A stretch of 33,175 nt of DNA from Octopus bimaculoides (Eukaryota), in NCBI RefSeq assembly GCF_001194135.2, contig NC_069002.1:25860854-25894028 (forward strand), written 5' to 3'. The position numbers and the translations under genes are program-made. Shown piece after piece: positions 9,803-21,029 of the stretch. Position 1 is the stretch's first letter; each line of letters opens with the position of its first letter. The notes beneath the pieces were generated by a model. That model ran no database searches and was not told where the DNA came from. It was given only the letters and a program-made list of their open reading frames with translations.

Positions 9803-10861
9803 TAAACCTACAATGGAACTCAGACTATTTCAAGCTTCTGGGTGTAATATTTTCATCAGATTAAAAGAATTTTGAAACTAAACAATTTGAGATTCAAATA
9901 ATAATCAATAGATGGATGATTAGAATAATTACATCACCAGGTAGAATTGTTGTTATGAAATCATTGCTCATTTCAAAATTGAATTACTTCTTCCTTACTC
10001 TCCTAAATCCACTGGGTAAATTTCTTCAGGAATTAAACAAAATGTTGTTTAAATTTCTCTGGAGTGGAAAACCTGATAAGATCAAGAAAGTTGTTGCTTG
10101 TAAGCCTGTTAAACAGGGTGGATTTGGTATGGGAGAAGCTTCTGCTTATGTCAGCTCTTTAAAGCAATCCAGGATGAGAAAGTTGTTAGATATTAATTAT
10201 GAATCCAAATGGAAACATTTGTGCTATGCTTCCTCCCCAAAACTGCAAAGTTTAATTGTATTTGGTAACGTTTTTCCAAACAAACTCTCCAAGAACATCA
10301 ATAATGATTTTTGACATGATTGTATTTCTGCTTTTGATAAGTTTACAAATAAGACAGAACCTAATTCATTTGATGAATTCATAACAGAACCAGTCTATTA
10401 TAATAAGCGCTTAAAAGTTGGTAAAGAGGTAATCTTTTGTTCTGCATGGTCTGAAAGAGGTGTTAGTCAGATTTGTGATTTTATCAACTTAAATGGATTG
10501 TATTATACCTTTGAAGAATTCCAGAGTACTTTTGAACTTGATATCAATTTTCCTTCTTATAATGGTCTTATCATGGATTTTAAAAGCTACCATGCAAAGT
10601 TAAAGATAAGCAAACCTATTCAAAAGCTCATGTCTGTTAAGAAAGGAACCAAGTGTTACTATTGCATTTTAAGTGCCTCTAGTGTGTGTTTAAATTGCAA
10701 GCATAAATGAGAAACGTATATGCTTGCTGAACCAGAATGGGAAAAATATTTGTACAACCAATAAGGACAATGCCAGATACTAAATTGTGATGGTTTCAGT
10801 TCGAAATTATTGTATTTTAACAACTAATTCTCTCCTATTTAAGATCAAATTAACTGAAAGC

Positions 10862-12009
10862 TACATCACATGCCAGGGGAAGAAACTAGAAGTAGTTGAT
10901 AGCTTCCACTACCTAGGTGACCAAGTCAGGGGATGGATGCTCAGAGAGTGTTACCACTAGAATAAGAATTGCCTGGGCAAAGTTCAGAAAGCTTCTACCC
11001 CTACTGGTGACAAAGGGCCTCTCGCTCAGAGTGAAAGGTAGATTGCATGATATATGTGTGTGAACTGCCATGCTTCATGGCAGTGAAACATGGGCCATAA
11101 CTGCTGAAGACATGTGTAGGCTCAAAAGAAATGAAGCTAACATGATCCACTGGATGTGTAATGTCAGTGTGCACACATGACAGAGTGTAAGCGCCCTGAG
11201 AGAAATGTTGGACATAAGAAGCATTGGGTGTGGCGTGCAAGAGAGATGTTTGCGTTGGTATGGTCATGTACTGCGGATGGACGAGGAGAGCTGTGTGAAG
11301 AAGTGCCACTCCCAAACAGTGGAAAGAATCTGGGGTAGAGGGAAGCCCAGGAAGACATGGGATGAGGTGGTGAAGCATGACCTTTGAACGTTGGGCCTCA
11401 CAGAAGAAATGATGAAAGACAGAGACCTGTGGAGATATGGTGTGACTGAGAAGACCCGGCAAATAAAGTGAGATCACAGCAGTGTTGCATAACCAGCCAA
11501 CTCAAAAAGTACCTTGGATCGTAGGGCAACATGCCATGCTTGAGGAGACCTACTGAGTCAAGTACCTCAATATCAAAATAAAATCAAATCACAATCAAAT
11601 GGAAATTGTAGTTGTCCCCAAACTGGATGCCTGTAAAAAGCACTGTCCGAACACGGTTGATGCCAGTCACTTTTCCCCAACTGGCTTCTCTGCTGGTGGC
11701 ACATAAAAAGCAACACCCAACGTGGCCAATGCCAGCACCACCTTGACTGGCTCATGTGCCTGTGGCACGTAAAGAGCACCATCCGATCATGGTCGATGCC
11801 AGCCCCCTGTGGCCCCTGTGCTGGTGGTATGTAAAAAGCACCCACTGAACTCTCCTAGTGGTTAGCATTAGGAAGGGCATCCAGCTGTAGAAACATTGCC
11901 AGATCAGACTGGTGCAGCCTCCTGGGTTTCCAGACCCAAATCGAACCGTCCAACCCATACCAGCATGGAAAACGGACGTTAAACGATGATGATGATGATG
12001 ATGATGATG
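10862..12009 (+). mobile_element. 5'-truncated RTE-clade LINE
   Basis: Reads ...LEVVDSFHYLG...RIRIAWAKFRKL...GSETW...RCLRWYGHVLRMDEE...RGKPRKTWDEVVKHDL. A 3' UTR with (GAT)n tail follows. Inserted just before the L1 zinc knuckle. Confidence 0.92.
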
Positions 12010-12282
12010 AACTTGTGCACTTTTGTCAATGTGAAGTTGAGTAAATAACACATTGCTTTTGGTATTGTGAACATGTACGAGCTTTTTGGCAATGCTTTCA
12101 TGAATTGCTGTATGGAAAATACTTGCATCTTCACAATATGAACTTTGACCTACAGCTTATTGTGTTTGGGTTGAGAAAGAATATATACATGTACTGACGG
12201 TGCTTTTGACTTACTGTTATTGTTAGCTATTTTTTATATATAAAAGTAAAGTATTAAAAACTACTCTTAGTTTTAAACATTT

Positions 12283-12322
12283 TACATGATAGGTATCTTA
12301 TTGTACATGATAGGTATCTTAT
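12283..12322. repeat. Small tandem duplication (TACATGATAGGTATCTTAT x2, 21-bp period)
   Basis: Identical 19-mers at 12283-12301 and 12304-12322. Confidence 0.9.
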
Positions 12323-12584
12323 AGAAAAGAACATATCTTTTAAGAAAAGTGAGCAAAACAAATTTTATAGAAAGTGGATGCTCTACCATGATTTTGCAAA
12401 TGTTAAGTAATCCTTGCCAGATTGTTACTTCTTACCTCTTCATAATCATATTACTATGTGGAATCCCAAGAACTTATTGTAATTGTTTGAAAATTTTAGG
12501 AACGATTAATGAGTGAATGTGTTGTAGTGTGTAGTTCTGTCTTTTCCTTTTTTATAAAAAACAAAAGTCCTGTTTTCCAACTCT

Positions 12585-12647
12585 TCATCCACATGTTATA
12601 ACAACTTTATACAAGACTTCACAGTCCCCAGGCTGTGCTATCTTCAA
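12585..12647 (-). other. Candidate terminal host exon (unconfirmed)
   Basis: Long polypyrimidine tract ending TTTCCTGTTCTCCCTGTTACAG|TTGAAG on the minus strand. Frames give LKIAQPGDCEVLYKVVITCG* or xEDSTAWGL*. No protein recognised. Confidence 0.3.
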
Positions 12648-12939
12648 CTGTAACAGGGAGAACAGGAAATAGAAATTTTAAGAAAAAAAAAAAGGAAAAG
12701 AAAAACAAATATTTTGGTAAAATAAATTTGTCATAATTAAACTGGTGACTGGAATATTGATTAATATGACATTTTGATGGGAGGTCTTAATTTAGATCAT
12801 TTTAAACCTTTTGTTACCGTAGTTCTGGTAAAATACATTGCCTTTGTGTCAATTAATTTTGAAAACACTGAAGAATTTAAAGAAATAAATTTCTCATAAA
12901 TCACTATAACCATCACCATCAACATAGATGATAAATGAT

Positions 12940-12966
12940 GATGATGATGATACATACATATATACA

Positions 12967-13053
<87 letters not shown>

Positions 13054-13300
13054 TACAAATGAAAGACAGAAGATGGAATATACAAGAATACATTATCAAT
13101 CACAACAATTGTTTCGACACATCTAACATTGATTCCTCTTGTGGGACACTCAGCATATATAAGTATACACACATATAATATGCATGTATTTAAATATAAA
13201 TATATATAAAACACACACATATATAATATAATATGCATATGTATATATGTATATATAAAACAGAGTTTGTGTGTGTGTGTGTGTGTGTGTGCATGCGCAT
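12940..13300. repeat. (TA)n/(CA)n/(GT)n microsatellites
   Basis: Directly visible. Confidence 0.95.
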
Positions 13301-13508
13301 GTTCCTTATGCATTTAAAAACTTAGTTGCTGATTTTAACGTATGGGGTATCAAAAGATTCAATAATCTTTCGACTACCAAATAAACTTTATTTACATTTA
13401 TATATTTGCATTACAAAAATTTTACATTATAATCTTCCTGTAAGTCAACTGTCATAAATGACATTTTATACTATGACGACAACAACGTCCCATCTATATA
13501 CATACATA

Positions 13509-13539
<31 letters not shown>

Positions 13540-13699
13540 TAGCAGATGTCTGTGTATTTGTATGTCTGTGCATAATGCCAATGATGGAGTGAGAGGGGAG
13601 AGAAAGAAACAGAGAAGCAAAGTGAGGAAGTGGCTCTTTACTTCTCCTCCTCCATCTCCTCATTCGTCACATTTTTCGATAGAGGGAGACATGTAAATA

Positions 13700-13994
13700 G
13701 TGTAAGTGTGAGAGAGAGAGAGAGAGAGAGAAAGAAGGAAACATAGACTAAGTAAGAGGAACTATTGGAGAGGGTGAGAGAGAATATGTGTGAGTGAGAG
13801 AAACATATATGAGAAAAAAGACAGAGAGAAGAGAGAGAGAGAGAAAACAAGTTTCTATGGGAGAAGTTGAAAGAGAGAGGGATAGCGGGAGAGAGAAAGA
13901 TGCTGATGTTTGATACTGTAAGTATGTTCTATAGGAGAAGGTAAAAGAAAGTTGGCACAAAGAGAGGGGGAAAATGGGAGACAAAGAGACACTG

Positions 13995-14045
<51 letters not shown>
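13700..14045. repeat. GA-rich low-complexity tract and (GT)n
   Basis: Directly visible. Confidence 0.9.
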
Positions 14046-14052
<7 letters not shown>

Positions 14053-14169
14053 TCCACAGTTGCCATTTATTTGAATCACTCTTGTGAAGATATTCCTGTA
14101 ACTTTTACTCATTTTTTTTTTATTTAATCCCCATTTTAATTGTCAAAGAAAGTTTCCAAGAAAAATGTT

Positions 14170-15397
14170 CTCACTCTCTACAAGAGGAGATGGGGGGAAG
14201 ATGTAGATGATCAGTATTCTACAGTGAAGCAAAGACAAGTGCAGGTAGCCAGAGTAAGGTCACTAGAGACCCCTGCACAATGACAGCAAAGACATGAAAA
14301 TGACTGAAGGAGAGCTGCTGCACGCAGGGCCAATGAGTCACAAGAGTCACGGGAAAAATGGTTAGAACAATTATGTCAACAAAATGCAATTTGCAGGAGC
14401 CAAGAGTCAAAAATAAAAAGAGAAAAACGTTTAAAAGATGCAAGACAAAGACAAGCTGCCAGAGTTGCCAATGAGATGAGACAAAGAAAAAACCAGGAGC
14501 AAACAGTTGCTGTGGGACTTTGCCAATCATCAGAGGAAAGACGTGTCTTCATCAAGACAAGTTGAATACGTTTGACAAAGGAGTTTCCCCTTTTAAGGGG
14601 ACTTGGCAAAGATCAGCTTTCAACTGTGATCCAAAACATTGATTATTCTACAGAGAATTTGATTGATATTGGAGCGATGACAAAAGAGGGCAGTTTTGGT
14701 AAAGGAAAGAAACGGGAAAGAGAAGCCATCACTATGCATTGTGGTGGAGGAATGTTTATTTACCGATGTTTGGTACACCTACAGATACTTTGAAGGCATT
14801 GCTTTTGGGGAAACACACCAAGGAATATGCACTTCTTGAAAAACATTAGGAATTATAAATTCTGCTTTCCGAATGACCTCCTTTGATAGTGGTATTATAA
14901 GAGAAGGGAACATGAAGCCAACTTTTAAAGTTCAAGGTCAAGTATACTATCGTACTGAATCTTTGTTGCCAACTAAAAGCAAAAATCATCAGTTTTTACA
15001 GATATATTTTGTGGCAAATAACAAGGAGAAGGCTTTGCAACGGTCATTTAACCTTCCATATTTGAAAGAAGAGTTAATCTTTGATCTGCAAGATATGTTG
15101 CATGAAAACAATAGCCACATCAGAAGCTTCAAGAATGCACTGGAAATCTGCACAACACACTGAATACAAGATAGTTACTAATGCAGATTAAAAGCCTATT
15201 GCTATTATTATTATTATTATTATTATTATCATTATTATTATTATTATTATTATGTATTATGAATTCAGAATTGATTTCCCAATTGAAGAATAAATTGAAT
15301 TTAGAATGACAAATTTCTATACAACATAATTTAATTTTTTTATTCCAATACATAAGGGACAATTTCATTCCTGGGCAACACTGGGTGCCTCTGCTAG
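14170..15397 (+). mobile_element. Internally deleted Helitron (RepHel N-terminus + 3' terminus)
   Basis: R/E/Q-rich repeats, then ENLIDIGAMTKE..., HFLKNIRNY, MTSF..., PTFKVQGQVYY...LLP...FLQIYF...LQDMLHENN...SFKNALE (Helitron_like_N region). 3' end CCTGG-GCAACA-CTGGG (CpG-decayed hairpin) and CTAG at 15394-15397. Confidence 0.85.
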
Positions 15398-15420
15398 AAT
15401 ATAATATATACATATTATCA

Positions 15421-15480
15421 AGGTGGTGCCCCAGCATGACCACAGTCTAATGACTAAAACACGTGAAAAGATAAAAAAGG
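15421..15480 (+). mobile_element. SINE family A 3' tail fragment
   Basis: GGTGGTGCCCCAGCATGACCACAGTCTAATGACTAAAAC. Confidence 0.7.
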
Positions 15481-15780
15481 TGCATGTGTGTGTATGTGCA
15501 TGTATGTGTGAGCTTGTGCGTTTGTTTACATTTGTGCTTTTCCGAAAGTCTCTAAACTGCAAGTGGTGACATTGTTGTCATTTCCCCTGCGGACAAATCC
15601 TCAGCTAGCTTTGTACCTTCAAAGATATGTTTAAATAAGTGATCCTTTACTTTCAAATATTAGTAATATCTAGCAACAGGAAGAACATCTGGCTAGAAAA
15701 CAATGCCTCAATTCATACTGGCATAAAAACAACAACAAACAAATTTTAACGACCATAAAAAAATGAACAAACATGTGTGC

Positions 15781-16330
15781 TGGCATGGCTGTGTGGTAAA
15801 GGGTTTGCTTCTCGACCACATGGTTCCAGGTTCAGTCTCACTGCATGGCACCTTGGGAAAGTATCTTCTGCTACAGCCTCAGGCCAACCAGAGCCTTGTG
15901 AGTGGATTTAGCACAAAGAAAATTGAAAGAAGGCCACCATGTGTGTGTGTGTGTGAGAGAGAGAGAGAGTGTTTGTGTGTGTGAGTGTTTATGTGTGTGT
16001 GTGTTTGTGTGTGTTTGTGTGTGTGTGTGAGTGTTTGTGTGTATGTGAGTGTTTGTGTGTTTGTGTGAGTGTGTGTGTGTTTGTGTGAGTGCTTGTGTGC
16101 ATGTGTGGGTGTGCCTGTTTGTGTGTGTGTACGTGTGTATCTTTGGTCGTCCCCCACCACCATCACTCGACAACCAGTGTTGGTTTGTTTATGTCCCTGT
16201 AACTTAGTGATTTGGCAAAAGGAGGCTGAAAGCTGAAAGTAACTAACAGGGTCAGTTCATTTGACTAAGAATTCTTCAAGACAGTGCTCCAGCATGACCA
16301 CGGTTGTCTAATGACTGTAACAAGTAAAAG
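15781..16330 (+). mobile_element. SINE family A, full length, with internal (GT)n
   Basis: A-box TGGCTGTGTGG, B-box GGTTCAGTCTC, CORE-like GGCACCTTGGGAAAGTATCTTCT, microsatellite, and shared tail. Confidence 0.88.
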
Positions 16331-16789
16331 CTAAGAACAAACTTTATTTACAGATGTCAAAGTTTGTTTCCATGGAGATAATGCCTGGAAGTTCCATTTC
16401 TTCTTCGTTGTCCATTCCTGCAGTTATTTGTTTATTCGCTGCTTCAGGGGGAAATGTTTCCGTTAATTAAAGTTTATTGGCTTTCGAAGAGTCATCATTG
16501 TTATTTATTTCTGCTACATTTCCCCCCATGGCCATCACTGTTTACTTTGTTGTGGTAAGTGTTTGTTGTTCTGGATGGAATCAATTGTGAGATACATTTA
16601 ATTTTTCTTTTTGCCATGGTGATATTCAAATTGATGTTTATCTGTAGAGGCGTGGGGGAATGGTGGGTGGGTGTTAGAGGTCAACTTCTTAGTTTTTTTT
16701 TTATAGTTCTTTTAATTTAGCTTGTCAAGATTGTTACTTTTTATTATAGAATAAATTTTCCTTATTATTACCAATGTCATTATTGTTGC

Positions 16790-16795
16790 TATTAC

Positions 16796-16856
<61 letters not shown>

Positions 16857-16898
16857 ATTATTATCATCATCATCATCATCATCATCATCATTATTATT
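16790..16898. repeat. (ATT)n/(ATC)n microsatellite
   Basis: Directly visible. Confidence 0.95.
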
Positions 16899-17060
16899 AA
16901 GGCGATGAGCTGGAAGAATTGTTACCATGCCAGACGAAATGTTTATCAGTATTTTTTCTGCCGCTGTGTTCTGAGTTCAAATTCCGCTGAGGTCAACTTT
17001 GCTTTTCATCCTTTCGGATGTAATCAACTAGTCCCCTCCTCCAAAATGGCTTCCCATTGA
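16899..17060 (+). mobile_element. SINE family B
   Basis: AAGGCGATGAGCTGGAAGAATTG...GAGTTCAAATTCCGCTGAGGTCAACTTTGC. Confidence 0.85.
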
Positions 17061-17081
17061 AACTATTATTATTATTATCAT

Positions 17082-18630
17082 TGCCTTTGCACAGCTTCTA
17101 ATGGTGGAGGTATACTGCAGTGTCAGCTGTTCACTACCAGTGAACTAAGGTAACACCTCTTATTTTTCGAGCACCTTCCGGAGTATTCGAGCAGTTCCAA
17201 GCAGTGCTGTTTTCTGCAAGTACTCATAATTTCATTGAATAACTGGACTAACTTTTCGTGTGCACACAGGAATGATGTGAACCAGAAATTTGGCTCCCTA
17301 TCATCACCAGGGGATTTCTACTCCTGAGCCTTTGTGCGTGTCATTCTTAGGTCTGCTATTGTGATGTCTTCCATGCTTGTTCTGGCAAGATTTGGTAGGA
17401 CCCTTCTGTGCATCTAATCCAGTCTGCATTTTAATTGTAAGTCTTTTCATCACTCCAGATATTTTTCCAGAAGTCCTCAACTTCTTCCATGGCAGGTGGG
17501 GTTTTGAATGGTTATTTTCTCCTTCCCCATTTCTCTGTAGAATCTTTTCGTATTGGATCTGAACAGCTTATTTTGTTTGTAAAATTTGTTTCTCTTCTCA
17601 AATCTTCGTATTCTTTTTAGCTTTTGCTTGGATCTTTCGTTGCAGTGTTTCTTTTGCTGAAAGAAGTTCTTCTCTTGGTAAGAATCTATGTTTTCTCTTC
17701 ATCTTTCTTCCTTTTCTGGTATTTCCATAGTTTCCACAGATTAATTCATTCAATATTGATATTTTACCTCTCATTATTTCAATCTCTTTTTCAGTTTTAC
17801 TTTTCCAGTTTGGAATACTTCTTTGAAAAAACAAAGAAATACAACCGGCTTCGATTGTCTTAGCAGCTGTGTAAATAATTTCATCTAATTCAGTGTGATC
17901 TGGTTTTAGTTCTTGTATAATTTCTTTTGTTATATAGTTTCCAATTTTAATTTGTTTTCTATTTTGGATTGTATTTGAGAGTTTATGAAGTGGCTCTCTA
18001 TCTTGCATATTAACGTGTCTTACAACTTCAAGCTTATTTAGGATTTTCTTTTTCAGTTCTATTATAGACTCTTTGTGTAAATGTATTATAGACTCTTCAG
18101 TAAATGTGTAGTCTTGAAATATTGTTTCTTTACCACTTCCCTTGTTATCTTTATCAGGTTCATTACAATTTATTTCTCCAGATGTTTGCGTGTTCTGGTC
18201 AGATGGCAGCCTTTCAATTGAGACTCGTGGACAGTTGCTCTCTTCCTCTGGTTCTTCATTTCCTGTTTGTCTTATATTTAGCTCATTTTCCACTGCATGC
18301 TTGATTGTTGTTATTTCATTATTTGTGAGTGTTCTGTTTCTGAACATATCCCTCCTAACATTTGCTAACTTGTTTTTCTCCAAATATAGTCTGCTATCTT
18401 GATTTCATGTTTTCCATATTTGTTAAGAGTGTGTGGTGTGTTTCTCTTCAGATGGTCTGCTTAATGCATAGTAATAGGTGTATATTACTTCTGTATACTC
18501 TTCTCGGGTTCATTTAATCTGCCATTAATACCGCTACAGTTATTTAACCTTGCCATTATAGCATTGTTCATTGTTAGTTACCACCAATAGTGCCTTGATC
18601 TGTATTGTTGTGACTAACCTTTGTCGCCAT
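17082..18630 (-). mobile_element. Dong/R4-clade RLE non-LTR retrotransposon, internally deleted
   Basis: N-terminal region ...REEYTEVIYTYYY...KLANVRRDMF...PNWK...KETLQRKIQAK... and RT entry (...ADLRMTRTKA...SP.D...NFW...HEKL..LFNE) join directly to the C-terminal EYLQKTALLGTARILRKVLEK*, a short UTR and an (AAT)n tail. Confidence 0.85.
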
Positions 18631-19011
18631 GGTGACAATATAACCGTTATTTATTTAAATCTGCCATCTTTGCTCCTGCTACAGTGTGGTATTATTAAAT
18701 GTTGTTTAGTTTTGACTTTCATCTTGTACTTGAGATAATCATAAATATGTGAGGGTTAAAGGGAATAGTAAGAGAAAGAGAAGCAACTTGGTGAATAAAC
18801 CAAATTCCACAGGTCTGTAAATAGATTCAGCAGATGGTGAGAAAGAGGTCAACAATGGGTATTCCTGTGCGATAAGGAGACAAAAGAGATTTCACACCCT
18901 TGGTCAAATGTGTTTACTACTACTAGCAATCAATGATAATGCTAACCTTGGCCTTGAAAAGAACCAATTCCCCTTGTTTTATTTTTAATTACTGATAAAA
19001 AAAATTATATA

Positions 19012-19042
<31 letters not shown>

Positions 19043-19627
19043 NNNNNNNNNNNNNNNNNNNNNNNNNNNNNNNNNNNNNNNNNNNNNNNNNNNNNNNNNN
19101 NNNNNNNNNNNNNNNNNNNNNNNNNNNNNNNNNNNNNNNNNNNNNNNNNNNNNNNNNNNNNNNNNNNNNNNNNNNNNNNNNNNNNNNNNNNNNNNNNNNN
19201 NNNNNNNNNNNNNNNNNNNNNNNNNNNNNNNNNNNNNNNNNNNNNNNNNNNNNNNNNNNNNNNNNNNNNNNNNNNNNNNNNNNNNNNNNNNNNNNNNNNN
19301 NNNNNNNNNNNNNNNNNNNNNNNNNNNNNNNNNNNNNNNNNNNNNNNNNNNNNNNNNNNNNNNNNNNNNNNNNNNNNNNNNNNNNNNNNNNNNNNNNNNN
19401 NNNNNNNNNNNNNNNNNNNNNNNNNNNNNNNNNNNNNNNNNNNNNNNNNNNNNNNNNNNNNNNNNNNNNNNNNNNNNNNNNNNNNNNNNNNNNNNNNNNN
19501 NNNNNNNNNNNNNNNNNNNNNNNNNNNNNNNNNNNNNNNNNNNNNNNNNNNNNNNNNNNNNNNNNNNNNNNNNNNNNNNNNNNNNNNNNNNNNNNNNNNN
19601 NNNNNNNNNNNNNNNNNNNNNNNNNNN

Positions 19628-19957
19628 GATGTGTGCAGTACCCAGTAGTGCAATTTTCTGTATGTTATATATATTTGTAAGTCCTGCTATTTTTGTTATG
19701 TATTTGTCTGAATATTTTTTTATTATACCTAAGGCACCTACTATGATAGGAATTGTTTCTGTTTTTAGATTCCACATTCGAGTTATCTCTATTTCCAGGT
19801 CTTTGTATTTTGAAAGTTTTTTCATTTCTTTTAGAGAAACGTTGTCATCTGCTGGTATTGATACATCAATTAGAAAGCATTTTTTTTCTTCATGATCTTT
19901 GACAACTATATCTCGTCTATTTGCCTTAATTTCTCTATCTGTGTGTATTGGCATATA
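19628..19957 (-). mobile_element. Dong/R4-clade 3' fragment (restriction-like endonuclease)
   Basis: ANRRDIVVKD...LIDVSIP.D.N....KLSKYKDLEIEITRMW...PIIVGALG...QKIALLGTAHI. The 5' side abuts (AAT)n and the 3' side runs into a gap. Confidence 0.9.
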
Positions 19958-19974
19958 TTATTATTATTATTATT

Positions 19975-20177
19975 ATGGCAGAATTGTCAGCTTACAAGAC
20001 AAAATACTTAGCAGAATTTCATCCGCCTTTACTTTCTTAGTCTAAATTCCGCCAATGTCAACTTTGCTTTTGATCCTTTCAAGGTCTAGAAATTAAGTAC
20101 CAGTTATGCACTGGGGTTGATGTGATCGATTAGTCCCCTCTCCTGAAATTTCAGGCCTTGTGCCTTTAGTAGAAAGG
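19975..20177 (+). mobile_element. SINE family B
   Basis: TGGCAGAATTGTCAG...AAATTCCGCCAATGTCAACTTTGC...GGCCTTGTGCCTTTAGTAGAAAGG followed by (ATC/ATT)n. Confidence 0.85.
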
Positions 20178-20227
20178 ATTATCATCATCATCATCATTAT
20201 TACTATTATTATTATTATTATTATTAA

Positions 20228-20741
20228 AGTGGTACTGGGGTACAAATATTTAAAGCCCAGTATACCCATCATGACTACCCATTTGATAAGGGCACATGCA
20301 TCACAACATCACAACCATGTGTGCGACATGATGATTTCATATCAAGATAAACAATGCATGACCTTACAGGTGGGGCCTAGATAGAATCTTCTTCAGGTCA
20401 ACAAGCCCATCACACCCAAAATTAGAAGCTCATGTTGGTGTTATGCCTAGGGTGTCATATATTTGGTTTTACACAAAGTATATTGTTCCAGAGAATGTTT
20501 AAGAAAACATAAGAAAATTATAAGTTTGCTTTAAAATTTGAGATTGCATAGACAGTATTTTATGTAGGATATGGTCAGTTCCCACGAGCACCATCTTTTG
20601 AATTTCTGCCATTTTTGGGTTTCCTGGTATTTGATCTAAGTAGCAATCAGCCCCTTTTGCTATCATTCCTAGGGCACCTATGATAACAGGTACTGTTTTA
20701 GTCTTGGGCCAATTTCTATTTCAAGATCTTTATACTTGCTA
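20228..20741 (-). mobile_element. Dong/R4-clade 3' fragment (second family) with long 3' UTR
   Basis: Minus strand reads SKYKDLEIEI...KTVPVIIGALGMIAK...IPGNP.MAEIQKMVLVGT.HILHKILS. (AAT)n lies on both sides. Confidence 0.8.
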
Positions 20742-20751
20742 AATATTATTG

Positions 20752-20815
<64 letters not shown>

Positions 20816-20816
20816 G

Positions 20817-21005
20817 ATTATGTGCTGGTAGTATCGTTAGGGCATCAGCTAAAATTCCTTCTGGCCCTTTACTTCCGACTTTCACATTCTGCAATGGTTG
20901 TCTCAGGCTTTTACCCTTTTGGGATGAAATCGAAAAGGACCAGCTTAGCCTTGGGATCAATGTAATCAACTAACCCCTTTCTCCTTAAATTTACTGCCTT
21001 TGCAT
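20817..21005 (+). mobile_element. Degraded SINE family B
   Basis: Weak but colinear similarity (TCATCCTTTCGG-like, GGGATCAATGTAATCAACTAACCCC) after (ATT)n. Confidence 0.6.
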
Positions 21006-21029
21006 CAAGATTTGAGGTGAAGGTGTTGA

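Larger units (their letters stand above)
5552..12410 (+). pseudogene. L1/Tx1 ORF2 remnant: APE endonuclease, reverse transcriptase, C-terminal zf-RVT; interrupted
   Basis: EN motifs: SVNCRGLN, LLQDTH, NLYGPN, AGDFN, ARLDLFL, SDHSLV. RT motifs: KTPGSDG, NWRPISLL, DFEKAFDSVSW, RQGDPLSPYIF, QYADD. After the RTE insert, LCTFCQC..E...H.FWYC..V..FW appears from 12011, ending ...KFYRKWMLYHDFANVK* at 12410. Confidence 0.93.
3506..12568 (+). mobile_element. Near full-length decayed L1/Tx1-clade LINE with nested insertions
   Basis: ORF1-like and ORF2-like remnants are colinear and followed by a short 3' UTR ending TATAAAAAACAAAAG. The 5' end and TSD were not located. Confidence 0.9.

Noticed and set aside
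12678-12712. A-rich run as the L1 poly(A) tail
   Set aside because: An earlier A-rich end at ~12555-12568 follows the 3' UTR, and no TSD supports the later run. Left ambiguous and discussed as a possible acceptor tract.
16340-16560. Protein-like minus-strand reading (…ETFPPEAANKQITAGMDNEEEMELPG…)
   Set aside because: It has an in-frame stop, no clear splice sites and no recognisable family.
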